Assembly: GCA_040954595.2 (NCBI GenBank)
Contig: CM082591.2
Coordinates: 4,511,957 to 4,575,956 of the forward strand
DNA from: Balanoglossus misakiensis
Taxonomy: Eukaryota > Animalia > Hemichordata
Direction: 5' to 3'
DNA length: 64,000 bases
The notes beneath the pieces were generated by a model. It did no database searches and had not been told where the DNA came from. It was given only the letters and a program-made list of their open reading frames with translations. A program made the position numbers and the translations under genes. Below, piece by piece: positions 12,641 through 26,838 of the stretch. Positions within the stretch are counted from its first letter, which is position 1, and the number at the start of each line of letters is the position of its first letter.

Positions 12641-14587
12641 TGCGATTTTCTGAGTATTATGAATAAATTTTGCAGTGTCGGCATTTATGAATTTTCAAGT
12701 GAGGAAATGTACACACAGCTGCCTTTACAAAACCGTCTGAAGGTATATGTACATTGTATACGTTTGAATGTTCATTCTTTTCTAACTTCAGGCTGAAGTG
12801 TTTGATAGAAGGAAACTTATGCATGGATCAAGGAAATTATGTAATATATTAGGAAATATTGGTAAGATATGTTTCGATAACTGATAAGAAACCCCCATGA
12901 ACATTGGATGTCTACTTCAACACAGGCAAATGTCGATAACAGTATCACGGTATGTTCTAATATCGTGTTTGATAATACAATATTTATCGTGTACAGTATC
13001 ACAACACCTGCTCATTTCGTTGTATTTAACCGACGACAGAAAGGTCTATAATGCCTCTGAGTTGTTCAATAAAGGCACTCGCTCGTGATGTTCTCATTGA
13101 GTGAATGACAGAGACCGGGAGTAGTTGGCTTTGATGGTGCTCCGTAATGACCAGGAAAGGATGATGTACATAAAGGCGATGGGCGAGATGAAAAGAGTTT
13201 CTAAATGGATTAAAAAGCGGAGGCCGCTTGCCGGTTCTCTCGGCGGTTGTCAATGGGGATACTCGGGCAGTTAACGTGACTGCGCTGTGTGAAGAGTCTT
13301 CTGGTGTATCGTGAATGGCCCACAGGAGAAGTTTCCCCCCGATTCATGAATTGTAATTGCGACCTCAGTGACCTCGCTCGGTGACTCCCTGCACAATGCC
13401 TAGCGTGACACAAGTCAAGGCAGTGCGGAATCTTTCTGCGTTTCAGGAAGATGGACAATTCTTTTCTGTAATGACTCTCAATAAAGGCATGATTAGAGCT
13501 TTTAGGTGTCACGAATATGTACAGGTTTTTGTTAATGTGTTATGTGTCTCATCATTTAATTTCTCACTCCAAATAGAATTCTCCTTTCTCCCATAGTGAG
13601 TTGTACACCCCGAGTTACCTGGATAGATATAGGTGAAAAACAGCAATTCTGATTGGCTGACGTTTGTCAAGTGACATAGCATGTGAGAAACTTTAGCCAG
13701 AAATAGGCGCTGAATACTACAATCATGCCTGCTTTGTCAGTGCAGCGTTTCTGATGAAGTTGGCCGGGGGTTTATTTTGATGAAATTACGTCAAAGAGAG
13801 AGGTTAAAGTGACAGGCAGGTGTTGAAGTCGTGAATTGATAGCGCGGCGGCTAATAAAATTGGCTACAATTGCAGCTTTGTTCTGCGCAAGATTATGTTC
13901 TGAGCAGGTAAAGACCCCGCTGTGTTTGGGGAAGGCTTTTATGCCACTGTAAGTTTACACCAATAAAAGTGTGTGGAGCTCCGTAAAAGCAACTGTTAGT
14001 GTTCGTTGGCCGAGTTTGACCTTTTCTTACAAACTGTAAAAAATGATGGTTTGGGCAAAAGAAAAAAACTGGGCCATGTTCTGCAAGAGTAATACATGTA
14101 TAATCTGCATAAAGCAAACAAAAAGCAAACTGCATAGTAATTAATACAGTTTGTATACTCATTAAACCGAATCTCATTTTTAAAACTGCAAATGCCACCC
14201 CACTTTTTCATGTTGTAATATATGAAAGCGTTTCATGTAAGGTTATGTCGTATGACCCTCCTATCACCCAAAGCTTCTCTTGATGGATTTTCCGAGAGAC
14301 ATTGTTTGTGCATTCCTGGCGAGACTCCCGCAACCTTGGCCCTGTAATTCCTCTGCAAAGCACTTCAGAGCTCCACGTGCGTTCTGTTAAAACAGTCGTG
14401 ACTGCGTTGTCAAAATAATGCCGGAGTTGCCATCGACATTGGACAGGTGTTCAAAGGAAGGTCATCGCTTGAATTGCGCTGTCAGAATGAGATCATTTGC
14501 ACCAGTTGTGGCTCTTGTCAGATCTCCCGATGTCCAAATGAATGTGGATCTGGAGTTTCAGTAATTTGTCGCTATTATGTAATCATT

Positions 14588-14747
14588 CAATGATGTACAT
14601 TGTAACAGTTACACTAAAATGTAATACAAAGTAACAACTGCATTGTTTGCAATGATGTACATTGTAATAGAAAGTAACAACACATTGTTTTCATTAATGT
14701 ACATTGTAACAGTTACATTACAGTGTAATACAAAGTAACAACCACAT
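14588..14747. repeat. Second, shorter and more diverged array of the same 62-bp minisatellite
   Basis: CAATGATGTACATTGTAACAGTTACAC...TGTAATACAAAGTAACAACCACAT has the same orientation as 9296-9630. The middle unit carries an internal deletion. Confidence 0.92.
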
Positions 14748-17700
14748 ACATAGGGACCCATAACCACAGCTGCAGACTGGATGACTATAATATACCAATA
14801 ACTATTCTGAGATGTTTTTGTTTTGCCTCCTGTGAGTGGAGGTACATTTTGTTGAGTTCTTAAACAGTGACAGCACTTCTGTGGTAGTCGTGAGTGGGCC
14901 ACTCAATCTATACAGAATGATTGAAAAATCATGACAATGGAAAGATTCATCACCCCGTCAGAATACGTCAACAGGCAGAATAAATGGTGCGTGTGCGGGT
15001 ATTTTCATTGATGTCAAAAGTCACGTTGATTACTTTGACAGGCGGGGTGCCGAAAATAGAAAAGGGACAAAGTTATCTTTTGAAGTTGTGTTCAAGTAAG
15101 ATTTTGATTGATGTGAACACCTGAGGTGTTGTTTACGTTACGTGCTGTATTGTAGATTGTTGAAGGACGTTTTACACTCTTGAATTTTACAGTATGCAAC
15201 TTCTTTGAAGTAAATGTATTGGCCAGAAAAAATCTGATGGGATTATTTTTAGAAATATTGCAATTTGAACTACCATTGATGTCCCCTTTTGGACCAGGAG
15301 CTGGTTTAATTGCTACACATCTCTCTTTTCGGTGGGCAGCCTTGATGCATTAATTAATATAGGTAGTGCATAGTTGTGATAAACAGGTAGAGAGGTATAA
15401 TAAAACTTTAAAACACAACCTGAGGGAGTTTTATAATTTTGTTAACATTTTCAATAGAATGTTAATCGTCAAGTTTTCTTAATAGAGTATGCAAAATGTC
15501 TGAGTAATTTTCTGTAGTTTTTGGCTCTATAGTTTTCGTGCGGAACAAGTGTTTTATGAGTCTTTTTGTTGGTTAATTGGTAAATGCAGTGGTTGCGGTT
15601 TATAGCGCTAGATGTGTGTCGTATGACAAGTTCCGTCCTGTAATTACGTTGTTGGCAATTACCTGCAATGAGCACTATAAATAGCTGTCCAGGTATGCAT
15701 GCTATTTACTCTGCAAAAAGCGATACTCTGCAAACAAAAAATCGGAAATATGCTGAAGTAGGCAAAATTCAGAAATGGGGGAAAACAGAATTATGAATTT
15801 TTTCAAACTTTGCATTCGCCAGGCGTATTGCGCTTTAACATTTAAGATACGTCATGTGTGATATCCGGTTATGGCTGAATTGTAAGTTATTCAAACTATT
15901 AACTCAGTGTTTCATTGTGTTCACAAATCAAGTCGGAATTATCATCACGGAGATTGTGTATGCATGAGTTCATCCTCGATATTTTAATGGCTTCACATGT
16001 ACGTCTTACATGACTGTAAGCACTTGTTATTACCAGAGTTCAAAGTCGTTCCCCGTCGCACGGTACATTCTAGCGTCAAACTGACACGTCGAATTTCAGG
16101 AGAGGGACTGAAACACTCGTGAACGCCTACAACATTTGCTCATTTTCTGCGAGCGTTTGGAAATGTCATTTGGGAGAACCCAGTATTCTAATCGCAAAAC
16201 TGCTTGTAGAGCAGTAGCCTGTCTGTTGAGACTGAATTAAACGGTGATACGAAAGAGAGAAAATATTGAAATATTAATGCAAATAGAAGTCAGTCAGATA
16301 AAGGTCGTAACCTCTGCCCTGTATTTGCATCTGTACGGGGAAGTGACCTTGAGTGGAGGGTAGCAGGTGAAATGATCGAGTAAATGCCTACGCACGGATC
16401 CTGAGATGTTTCACAAATCAACTCGCCCGGCAACAATGAAACGAGTGACCTGTTTCTGCAGTTAACTGAGTTAAATGTATTTTTTTGTTTCACTCAAGGG
16501 AATCTGACATTTCCGTGACATTTCCTGAGACAAGCTATGTAGGACATTGGTATTGATAGCACCTGCTTCGCTCGAAACTCGTCAATGGATTTTTATCGCT
16601 TCTTAATTTCGGATCGTTTTTTTAAGGGGGGAAAGGAAGGTCTTTGACATCTTGCTGAGGAAGTGGCTTGTACATTGTATTTACAGGCCCTGTACATTAA
16701 TGGTCACTGTTATTTCTTTGTCTTGGGTTTTATGACGAGAATATACTTATGAACTGCAATTATTTAGTGATAGTTATCAATAATTTCTGTAGTTCAAATT
16801 TGAGGAAACTTAATGAATACAGAGAGGAAGATAAAAAACATCATGTATGGAATCAATTTTAGAAGTATTTTTATCGAAAACAATTGAAGAGGACATCGCA
16901 GCGGTACATGTATTGCAGTGCATGCTGGGTAAACATGGCCGCCATTCTAGTTTCCTGCGGGAGTGACGAGACACCTGCATTGAAACATTTCATTCCCACC
17001 ACCTGCCAGAAATTTCTTTCCCACCGATGAAAGGGTGAACTTCTTGTTCCATTGGAAATGCGCAACCTTGTCGTATTTTGTAATGATGTAAGGTCACCGA
17101 GGATTTTGAATTACCGTACACCGCAGGAAATTAGGAAAGGTCTGTGACAGGAAGACAAAAATATTCATTTGGTTAAGTTGACATTGATGTAGTGCAAGGT
17201 GTCAACTTCGGGCCAGTATGAGTGAATTTAATTTCGGAGATCTCATAATTTCTACAAGACAGAAAGTGGTTTCGGTCACTAAACAGCTTTTGGAAATTAC
17301 CGTATATGTGCGACTCCCCCCGACCTTTGACTTGCATGTCATGGCAATGCATCATGGGAATGATTGGAGTGAATAATTCATGTGGGATTTACAAATGAAC
17401 ATTATTACCACCACATACAGAGGAAAACTGAAATTTCCCCGAGAGGAAGTATAATTTTGAATAATCATATTCTTACTTTCAGAACGCATGGGACAGGTTT
17501 CGATGAATATGGAATAAAAATTAGATTGAAAACAGGATATGAAATTATTTCTAGTATTTTGTTCCCATCCATACATTTACTACGTTTTACAGAAAATAAG
17601 TGCTGTATCCATGGAAACCAAGAGTGTCTCAGCCATCAGAATTTCATTTGAAATTGCTTCTCTGTTCATGCAGATATATGCTTAAACAAACAACTGGTGT

Positions 17701-20700
17701 GGCGAAATCGTGTGTAGCCGAAATTTACTCGAAAAATTAGGTGATCTGAATTTATTCAAATTTAATTATACCCGAGGTGAGTGATTGTGAAATTCCAAAG
17801 GAGACTGGAGCACAATTTGTGAAGTGAGAAGCAGGCAAGAATTCAGTCTTCAAATTCAGTGTGTAAATAGGCATTTTAACGGTCATAATCTGAGATATTC
17901 ATGGTTTACACTTATTGCGGTGGATTTGAAATTCAAATTGTCAATTACGTGAAAAATGTAGAAGTGTCATCGCGGTCAGACGCCATCAGACACATATGCA
18001 CGTATGACCTGAACAGCCCCCTCACCTTGTCTGATCCTCAGGAATGTGAAATTATTAAATTTGCACCAGCTTTATAATGTACCATGAATTCCTGTGTAGA
18101 ATTAAAATCATGGGCATTTTCAAACTTGATATTAAAGTATGCCAATGTAGGTCATTTCTTCAGTGATGTGAAATAAAAGTGTTAATAAATGGATCAGAAT
18201 TTAGAAATGAAACGAATTTAGTAGATAAATGTTAAAAGTTTGAACCAAAATTTAATTGAATATTTTTGGTATCATGCTACGCATTTTGATTTCTAACATG
18301 TAGCCATTTTGCCGATGTTGTCTGCTCTTGTAATCCCGTCGTAAGGTCTGATTTACCGTAAAAGAGCAAAGCAAGCCCTCTGGAGGTCAACCGAGGTGAC
18401 TGTTTTGTTGCTCTCGCAGGAAGATGTACGGTTTGCGACCGGGATTAGTCTGCGGTGATATTTCTTGGTCGTGTTATGAATCCAGGAGCGGTGAACGCGG
18501 AGAGTGGGCGCGTTCCAGCGCATTACAAGCCATCAATGGAACGGCATTCGCCCGATTACAGATCAGTTCCAGGCCATTACTCTCCGTATGCAAATGCGGG
18601 TCATTCCACGTTGTAAATTCATGAAATGTTGTCAGACAGCGTAGAGTACGTTTTTTTAAATGTCTTTTTTTAGTTCCCCTCTGGACTAACTCGGAAGTAA
18701 GGACTCGTTAGATTGTGGTCTGTAATTTGGATCAGCTTCTCATTAAATCCTTAGACAGAGAAAGCACTATATAAACAGAAATGTACAAGTTCTTATCAGC
18801 TTTTGTTTTGTGATGCAATTCAGTATGGCCAACTGGCGGCCATTTTGTTTTGTGCTTGTACAAAAGTTTTTCACGAGATCAGTCACGTAATCACACACAT
18901 ATGTGGCCGGTACTATATGAAAATAACAATCATCTGCCCACTTGTTTCTCATTTTAGTATTGGACCAGCTGTTTTCAGCAATTTTCTGCAAATATCAATT
19001 CTGTTATTCCGCCCACTGTTTTGGACACGTGAAAGGAGTCAGCTACGTCTCTGCAAACGAATGCATTGGCATGCTTTTATACCAAAGAATGAAAAATTCA
19101 TCAGGATACTACGAATTCCATTAAAGATGAAAGATTCACCATTGACAGTACCGGCTAAAGCCTTGTGGCTAAGATTCTATGAAATGTTCTCTGCAGTGAT
19201 TCTGTTGTGATATTCAATTCCATTGAAACATTTCAGTGATCGTTTTCTCACGTTTCACAGAATTGTTATCATTTTGAAGTATTTTTTTAAATCTTGCATG
19301 TGGTATATAGCACATTGTGTTATCAGGAAGTGTCGGCCATATTGGATTTTTCCGCGGCAAGTCCTGTTTAAGAATGTACGATCTTTAATGTAGGCAGACG
19401 TGCCGTATGTTCTTTGCTGAGTGTGTGCTGATGTATCAGCTGTGTCTGTATCGGCGATTGCCACAGCTGTTTAATTCTGGAATAGCTTTGGCCTTGAATT
19501 TTATAGCTTGTTAGGGGCTCAAGGACGTGGGACAGGCATGATGCCGGAACGTGTCTACAAGTACAAACGAGGAAGCAAAACATTGGATGCAAATAAAATA
19601 TAGGACATTGTCATCATCTCTTAATTATGACCCCAAAAATTAAAGTTTCACTCAAGCTTTGTTCAAAAGATTGTAGGTCGTTCACTTTTTAGCTTAACTC
19701 AAGAAAAAATAGGTCACCTGTGAATATTACATGTTAGAAAGCTATACTATCATAATGGAAGTAAGCCTGTTACTGATGACATGACATCGTGAATGTTTAT
19801 CTTATGCAGTGAAGAAGGAAAAGTGCTCGTAGCACTGTGTGAACGCATCATCTCATTACATTGGTATGACAATATTTTCCGATGGAAATCCGATGACATG
19901 AAAGAAGGGCGACCCGCCAGAAGCAGGGGGTCATGTAGACAATTTGCATGGTTGTCACGGTGACAGGAGGGTTCTGGAATTTCAGATCATCACACAAAAC
20001 GCGAGGATCTGATCTGAGAAAATAAACAGATACAGAAGAGAGAGTCAGTAAAACATACCAGAGAGCTAGAATTTCATGCCTTGTATACACACACAGGCTG
20101 AATGTGAGAGCGTTTCCTGTCGATCAGTCCACTGTGATTTAAATTTCAAGGTTTTTAGTTTTCACAGAGCTCTTACAAATTTATATCTCATGCTTGCAAA
20201 TAAGAGTCATACTGCTTTATACTATTCACGCAAGTCAGGATGAAGGTAATGCTGAATGTAGTCCCTTTCAGTAATGAAATATCTGTTTGTAAGTCTTTAC
20301 ACATACATTTTAGTTTTTTCGCAGACATTTCTGTAATTTTTTGTGCAATTTTTTAAGACACTGTGTCAAATGATACATTCTCAACTACAGTAGGTCCATT
20401 TATGATTTGTACTGATGATGATTCAGTTTAGTGATTGCAGTAATGTTTGTTTGTTTAATTACTTCAAAATGATTTGGATTGGCAATGTTTCAAACATTTT
20501 GCAGATGTCAGCATTTAGCATGTTGGGTCTATAGGTATGTGTATACGAGGGCGAGTATTTAATATTCTCGCAACAAAGCGTTGTCTTTTGCGAAGCCGTC
20601 TGCTACCATTGGTGTGTATACGTAATGTTGCATGGCCAGGACTTCATGTTGTGTGTACACTACGAATTGACCTCGTTTGACCCTCCGGCACAATGGCTAT

Positions 20701-21456
20701 TGTGACTCTGAAGTGATTTGTTAGCTAGGAGAATGCGACCAGCTGATGTGTACAGAGCTATCCTCAAAAGCCGATTCTTCTCCGCCATAGTTACTCCGCT
20801 AATGACAGCTTGACTTCTCTAACCCTGTGAATTTTGCGCGGGCGTAGGTGCCACATTTGAAAGACGTTAATTGTGTGTTTAGACTTTCCTCGAGACGTGT
20901 CCTACTTCTCCGTTCGTCAGAGGGTTGGACCGGTAGAAAAGGCGTTCTCCATTATCTCTCGCGTTTTACATCAGTCTTGCAAAAGCATCCCATTGTTTAA
21001 TCCGGATTCTTCTGAAAACGGCTGCCGGGATCTGTGTCATTATTTATCTTGCAGTGTGTACTTAGGTAACATCGATTATCGTTAGGTCACGACAGATCGC
21101 ATGCTTGTGGTGGGCACTGGATGCACTCGGATCTGATGCAAAACGGTCTTTGCGACGTCACGTCAGTGTTAGCTGCTTTGTGTTGACAGATCTCTGGTGG
21201 ATTAAACAGTGAGCTTACGTCAATGTAAAATTGAGTATTTTTCAATCAAACTGTACCATTGGGCTTTAACAGTCTAAGAAATGTTCAGAGAAAAATCGAA
21301 ATTTGTTGAACCAAAGTTAGGGGTCAGTCAAATTACTTAAATTTAATAAGCCAGTGAATATCTTGAGAAAGCTAAATTGCAAGGTGTCACCTTTGTGGTC
21401 CTATTACATGTATAGCTGGAGCAATACATACTTTCATCCATGCATATGACAAATCA

Positions 21457-21625
21457 CAGTGAGACCTGTCATTATGGACACTTCTATAATCAATACACCT
21501 CTATATTAAGGATATATTTTGAGACAAAATTTAGTTGGAATAGAATGTTACCTGTCTATTAAGGCCACCTCTCTGATGAGGAGATTTGCCTGTCCTTAGG
21601 TGTTCCAAGTAGACAGGTTTTAGTG
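21457..21625. mobile_element. Old Tc1/mariner (pogo/Tigger-like) MITE
   Basis: Degenerate TIRs: CAGTGAGACCTGTC versus the reverse complement of the right end, CACTAAAACCTGTC. TA follows the right end (21626-21627), and the left flank is CA. Internal reiterated motifs include CACCTCTATATTAAGG and CCTGTCTATTAAGGCCACCT. Confidence 0.55.
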
Positions 21626-23782
21626 TAGCCAAGTGTGGCTGAACTTAGCTGCTATCACTATCAGCCTCCATTGTGTGAAAAGAGACAACCTGTGGCTAAA
21701 TATTATCAGTAAGATAAATATCCAAATTACTTGTTATCTTGCGGAATAACTGGCTGTTTTTGTGTTCATTTTACCATTTCGATGGATGAACTCATATTTC
21801 TCCTGCTTTAATAAAAGTAAAATCTTGGAAGGACACTTTCATTATCATCTAGTAACTGATCAGACGCTGTTCTCTTACCTAATTAGTTTTTTTTCCACTT
21901 CCCTGATGGGATTTCTGAACACTGTATGTGTCTGTACATGCTGTTATTTTATCTCAAGCGTGTCTATAAACTCATTTAGTTGATTAGGTTCGGTCTGTTG
22001 AACACATTCATAACTGATAAAGATGTTGTTTTCTATAAGCGATTGTTTGATATGAAAGCATCAAGGTGTTTTTCGTCAGCCTACATTATAGATTTTTCCT
22101 TGTAACTAAAACATCCCTGACAGAAAATTATAGCACTTTTCTTTTTAAGGTAAATTTTAATGGACACATTTGTTAGAATGAGCTCAGAGTTGGCAAAAAA
22201 CTGATTAAAAATGGTTGAAATTGGCAGACTACACTGTGGTTTCTGGCAGCCATATTGTCGCATTAACTTTTTAACTCACCATAGGCGATAACAGTAAACA
22301 AAACGGGTAAAAAGCAAACAAAACTTATAAAAGACGCAATAAATTATATCGAGGATGCTTGAAGTTCGCGGGGGAGAAAAAGATTTGCTTCTTCCTGTTA
22401 TAAATAAAAGGTGACAAAACGCTGGCCTGGCTTTCGTACTCGGTGGTGAAAAATGAGCACAGATGTGCAAGACCCGATAAGGTCGGAGCTCGGGAGATTA
22501 ACCTCGATATTTCCTGACGCTTTGCTCCCGAGTGATATCAACTTCCTGCCTGACAGCTAGCATGAAACAGCTAGAAATATGACGCAATTGTTTTTCATGT
22601 GGTGACTTTTTTTTTCAAATGCCGAAAAAAAATCTGCAAGTTAGATTTTTCGTGCCCCACTTCTTACAACGGACTCTAGATGGCGCTGTTGCATGTCGAG
22701 AGTTAAATTTCTGGCAAATTGCTGTCAGCGACTGTGTGTATTATTATACCTGTGTATGCAGACTGAAAGCATGGTGTTTCCTGTTCAAAATATGTTGAGG
22801 GTTGCGTTCTTTTAATTGGTTGTCCCCATATGTGCTTGAAATCCGGTATCCCATGGCATGACACTGTATGTCTCGTTTTGTAGTGGTATGGTCCTCGTAC
22901 ATGTAGAGCTGTCCTTGTACGTCTGGGAGATCACTGAACATTGAGTAACTTGATGAAGATATTAGATGCATCGTTAATGAGCCCATAATTAGTCGGAACC
23001 AGCAGCATTTCTAGATCAATTAGTCCGTTTTTACCCCAGGGCTTTCCTGTACGCCGTGTGTTCAAACAAGCAGATTATTCAAATTTAAAAGGAATGTAGC
23101 GTTTTAAGTGCTTGTCAATTCTCGTTTGGATTATGCTTCACTTTAGAAATTCAAAGTCAGTGTCGTGACGCTTTGCCACTTTAGTAATGGTAAAGAGACT
23201 GAGAAATTTGACTTATAACTATGGTATGCGCTAGTTTTGTGTACTTTACTTTGCAAGTTTCTTGTCTCTCAATGATCACATATAAATACCTTTTTGTACC
23301 ACTTTACCTCAAACTATGTCAGAATTTTGTTGCTTTTCACTAATCATAAAAAAGAACATTTCGAAGAAAAAAAATTATATTGTAATATTTTTTTTTCAGT
23401 AAAAGAAGTGAATTTGCTGTGGGTTTTGCCTCACTGCAACAGGACGCATATAATTCACGGCATTGGATACTTTTTTCTGTTGCTTGGTAAGCTTTGATTT
23501 CCCCCATCTGTGCGGACTTAGCGTCCCGCTGGTGGACCGAACAGCTCATTTGATACTGGTGATCGCTGAGCTTTGAAAACGTGCCTTTTCAGAGCACGGT
23601 CGGTAGATTGTCAGATCAGCGGGCCACATTCCTGGCATTGCCGTGAAATTTAGATAGAGTGAATGAAAGGCAGGAATTCCCTGTGTCTCCTGATACGGTG
23701 GCCAGCGTGTACAGAGTGGTTTATTTTACTCGTACTGTGACGTCTGTAAATCTGAAGTTTGTAGCTGGCAATGGTTGTAGTA

Positions 23783-23985
23783 TTAAAGGGACATTAGCTG
23801 TATCTTTTGACTATTTTTCCAGTATTTTTGTTCTGTGTATAAAATGGTATTTCTTGCTCTACTCGAAATATCATTCTCATATACCAGTACTCCACTTGTC
23901 AACATAGCCTACATGTGTGTAACGGCCATTGTTATTGTTGACAAATGAATTCTAGTCCGGACTTGAATTCAAATTTTCCACCTTA
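23783..23985 (+). mobile_element. Possible single end of a TTAA-target (Kolobok-like) element
   Basis: Begins TTAA|AGGGACA, the terminus style of Kolobok elements, and contains the near-perfect 24-bp palindrome GAATTCTAGTCCGGACTTGAATTC (23947-23970). No matching right end was found. Confidence 0.25.
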
Positions 23986-26720
23986 ACATTGCTGACTATA
24001 GGTTGTGCTAATAAGTTGGTTACTGGTTTGTGCTGTTAATTAGCAAAGTTTGTTGGCCTTGGAAATTATAGCGTACTTGTCACAAATATAAAAAAAATAT
24101 TCTAAAATAATTTCATCTTGCTGGTGAACTATAAATCACACTGACAGTGGCAATAAAATTAATTCACTTATGAATATTGCAAAAAACTCACCGGGAACCA
24201 GCCAAGCGTGAGAAACTAAAATTATTTTTAGGAACACTCTCTCGGCCTATTGGGTATGCTTCGCTGCTTCCTATGGCCGTAGGAAGTTGATTTATTGGCT
24301 ACGGCCGAGCTGAAAGTGAAAGTACCCTATTACGTAATGAAAATTTTGACGGCTAATTTTGCTCCCAAGGCTTGTAAATTATGATGTTGTCTGCTTAACA
24401 GAGCAAGGGTTAATGCAAAAACAAACAGTCCAATAGGTTATATTGGTGTAGATGATTGATGTACTTGTATGTCTGTGATCTATGGATGAAGGTCCACTAT
24501 TAATTTAGGGTACACTGTAGTACGGGCCTTCAAAATCGAAGTCTTAAACTTTTTCTCATATTTTGCCCAAGACAACTTAAGATTATTTTTTTTCCAGAAA
24601 TTGAGAATAAAAATTGGTGGTCACCATGTGTGAAGTTGTTTTCAAATTTGTAAAGACAGATGTATTGAACTGTATTGTAAATAGCCAAAATGTCGTAACG
24701 AGATAAAAATGTGGTTTGAATTTCTGCATTCATGATTCCGTCTGAAACTGTTAATCATTCAGACAGCGAAAATGAAGCAAGTCTGTCTGAAATCCGAAAC
24801 ATATGCACAGCAATAAACTCCTAGTGTTAACAAGTTATTGAATTTTGGTTTTGAAATTATCTGCCAGATGGCATGGCAAATATTAGGGTTAGAGTGTTTC
24901 CCCACATGGGACTGAGATTGGCGTTATCATCCTGTGATGTTGTTAGCATAATTAGACACATTTCATGGACAGTGTGCAGGATAAATAAAACATGAATGAA
25001 AACTATATCGCTTTTTTGATAATATCTTATGCATGAAATGATCGAACAAGGGTGATGTGATGTTAGAAATAGCACATGTAGTCGTCTGCTGTCATGTGCC
25101 ACTTTTTGTCGTACGCTAAAAGTGTCGTACGGAATTTGTGTACAGCACTTTCGCATTCCTCGTCATTTTTTGAGAAATTTAGTATTATTAAATTACAGAA
25201 TTTAAGTTTAATATTTCATGTTGAAAAGAAAGATGTTAATTTCTGTCCACAGATGTGCAGTTGCGATCTTTCTTTCAACGACTGAAATCATCAGCCTCCG
25301 GCCGTGAAACAAATATGTGGTGGTGTTTTTCTAATCTGCAGAAGCCTTTGAAAGGGCTCTTCTTGATGCAATTTTTCCAGCAGAAATTTTGCTTGAAACA
25401 AAATGCCCAGATATAAAGAGCGATAACTAGTTTAGCTCGCAGAGTTTTCTGTCGTCTTATCTCGCGTGTTGAGGTTTCCCGTCTGTGTTACAATTTCCGG
25501 TAAAAGTGAAGTATAATTGCCTGTGAGTCCGCTTCAGGGAGGACTCGAGTGGTGGCTGCCAATTCACCACCGGCAGCGACGGAGGTATCTCCAGCAAAGC
25601 TTGGAAACCGTCGTCCCATCTGGCATGCCGTGTGCCTTCTGTGTAGTATTTCCTGATTCGTATTCAAATTGCGCGAACAAACATTGACCTAGTGGTAATG
25701 GTTCCCTTGAGTTGAAAACCCTACAGATGGCCGCCTTCTGGTATGTTCGGACATGTCTCCAAATTTCTTCCAAAGTGGTTTACTGGTATTGAAGATCGAC
25801 ATATCTACACACTTATCATATCAACATATCTACAATGGTAGATGTCTTCAGTCTGCTTCAGTCCTACAAAGTGCTTGATTACTACGGCAACCGAATTCTT
25901 CGAGTATTGCAAATAGAGGAAAGTGCCAGATTTGTGAAGAATGGCCGTTTCGAAGTAGAATTTATCAAGAAAGGCATGTGGCGTTTTGCCAAAATGTATT
26001 GGGTTCGGATAGTGACGGTGGTTGTTGAGTTGTTGATGGTTGAAAAAGAGATCAAATGAATGAGTTATGTCTGCTGCAAGGTTTCACTAGACTGGTCGAC
26101 TCCCTTGCCAGACAGACAGATGAGAAATATTTACAGAGTTGGGAGAAAAATATGGATAAAATTTTTAAATGTGTACGAGAGGAAATGAGCAGTGTGAAGT
26201 ACCACTCCAGAGATATGAATGCGGTAAAAGAAGTCATTCAGTTGAAAATGCAGTGTTTTTAACTTTTAACTTATAATGCTGGAAATGTGTTTCGCAAATG
26301 TAACGGGTATTGTTCGAAGCACAAAAGCAGAATGTGTATAAAAAGGGGGAATTCAAGGTTCCTCTTTTTTACGAACGTTTCTATTCTGCGTTAAGATTTT
26401 CATCTTCGTGCTGTTTGAATGATGGATTGTGACTCGGAGTGATGTTCAGAAATTGTGATAATCTCTGTGAGAGGCCGCCTTCCGACATCGGTGACCGTAA
26501 GCTGATTGGTGCGATGTGTCCATGGCGATGAGTGGGTGACCCCTGTGATGGGATTTGGAGGCTGCTCTGTTCCAGTTTACTGGCTTAGTCTGCTGTGGCT
26601 GTCCACCCCCACAGTACGAGTGGATTAGTCGAGAATGGGTGCAATGGCACTGATGAATTCTCTAGTTGTTGCTCAGTAAAAGGTGTTCAGGAAATCAGTC
26701 AGTAGTTTGTCAGTCAAAAT

Positions 26721-26838
26721 CTATCCATCCATCTACCAACCAACCAACCAACCAAAATCAATCAATCAATCAATCAGTCAGTCAGTTAAACCAACCCACC
26801 AACCAACCAACCTATCAATCAATCAATCAACCAATCAG
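26721..26838. repeat. Compound tetranucleotide microsatellite (ATCC/ACCA/ATCA/GTCA)
   Basis: Successive blocks of ATCC, CCAA, ATCA, GTCA, CCAA and ATCA units. Confidence 0.92.

Noticed and set aside
17673-17782. Exon ending at the strong donor GAG|GTGAGT
   Set aside because: All three frames from the nearest plausible acceptor contain stops.
18670-19030. Probable old interspersed repeat containing GGCGGCCATTTTG
   Set aside because: No second copy, TIR or TSD within the window. A repeat-library search would be needed.
24505-24660. Possible decayed DNA-transposon end
   Set aside because: Impression only, with no partner end or second copy visible.
25835-26262. Two ORFs coupled by an ATGA overlap, resembling a bacterial operon
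   Set aside because: No ribosome-binding site or recognisable homology, and the context is eukaryotic. A purine-rich strand readily gives such ORFs.
26643-26665. AATGGCACTGATGAATTCTCT resembling miR-183/263
   Set aside because: No complementary arm at precursor distance.
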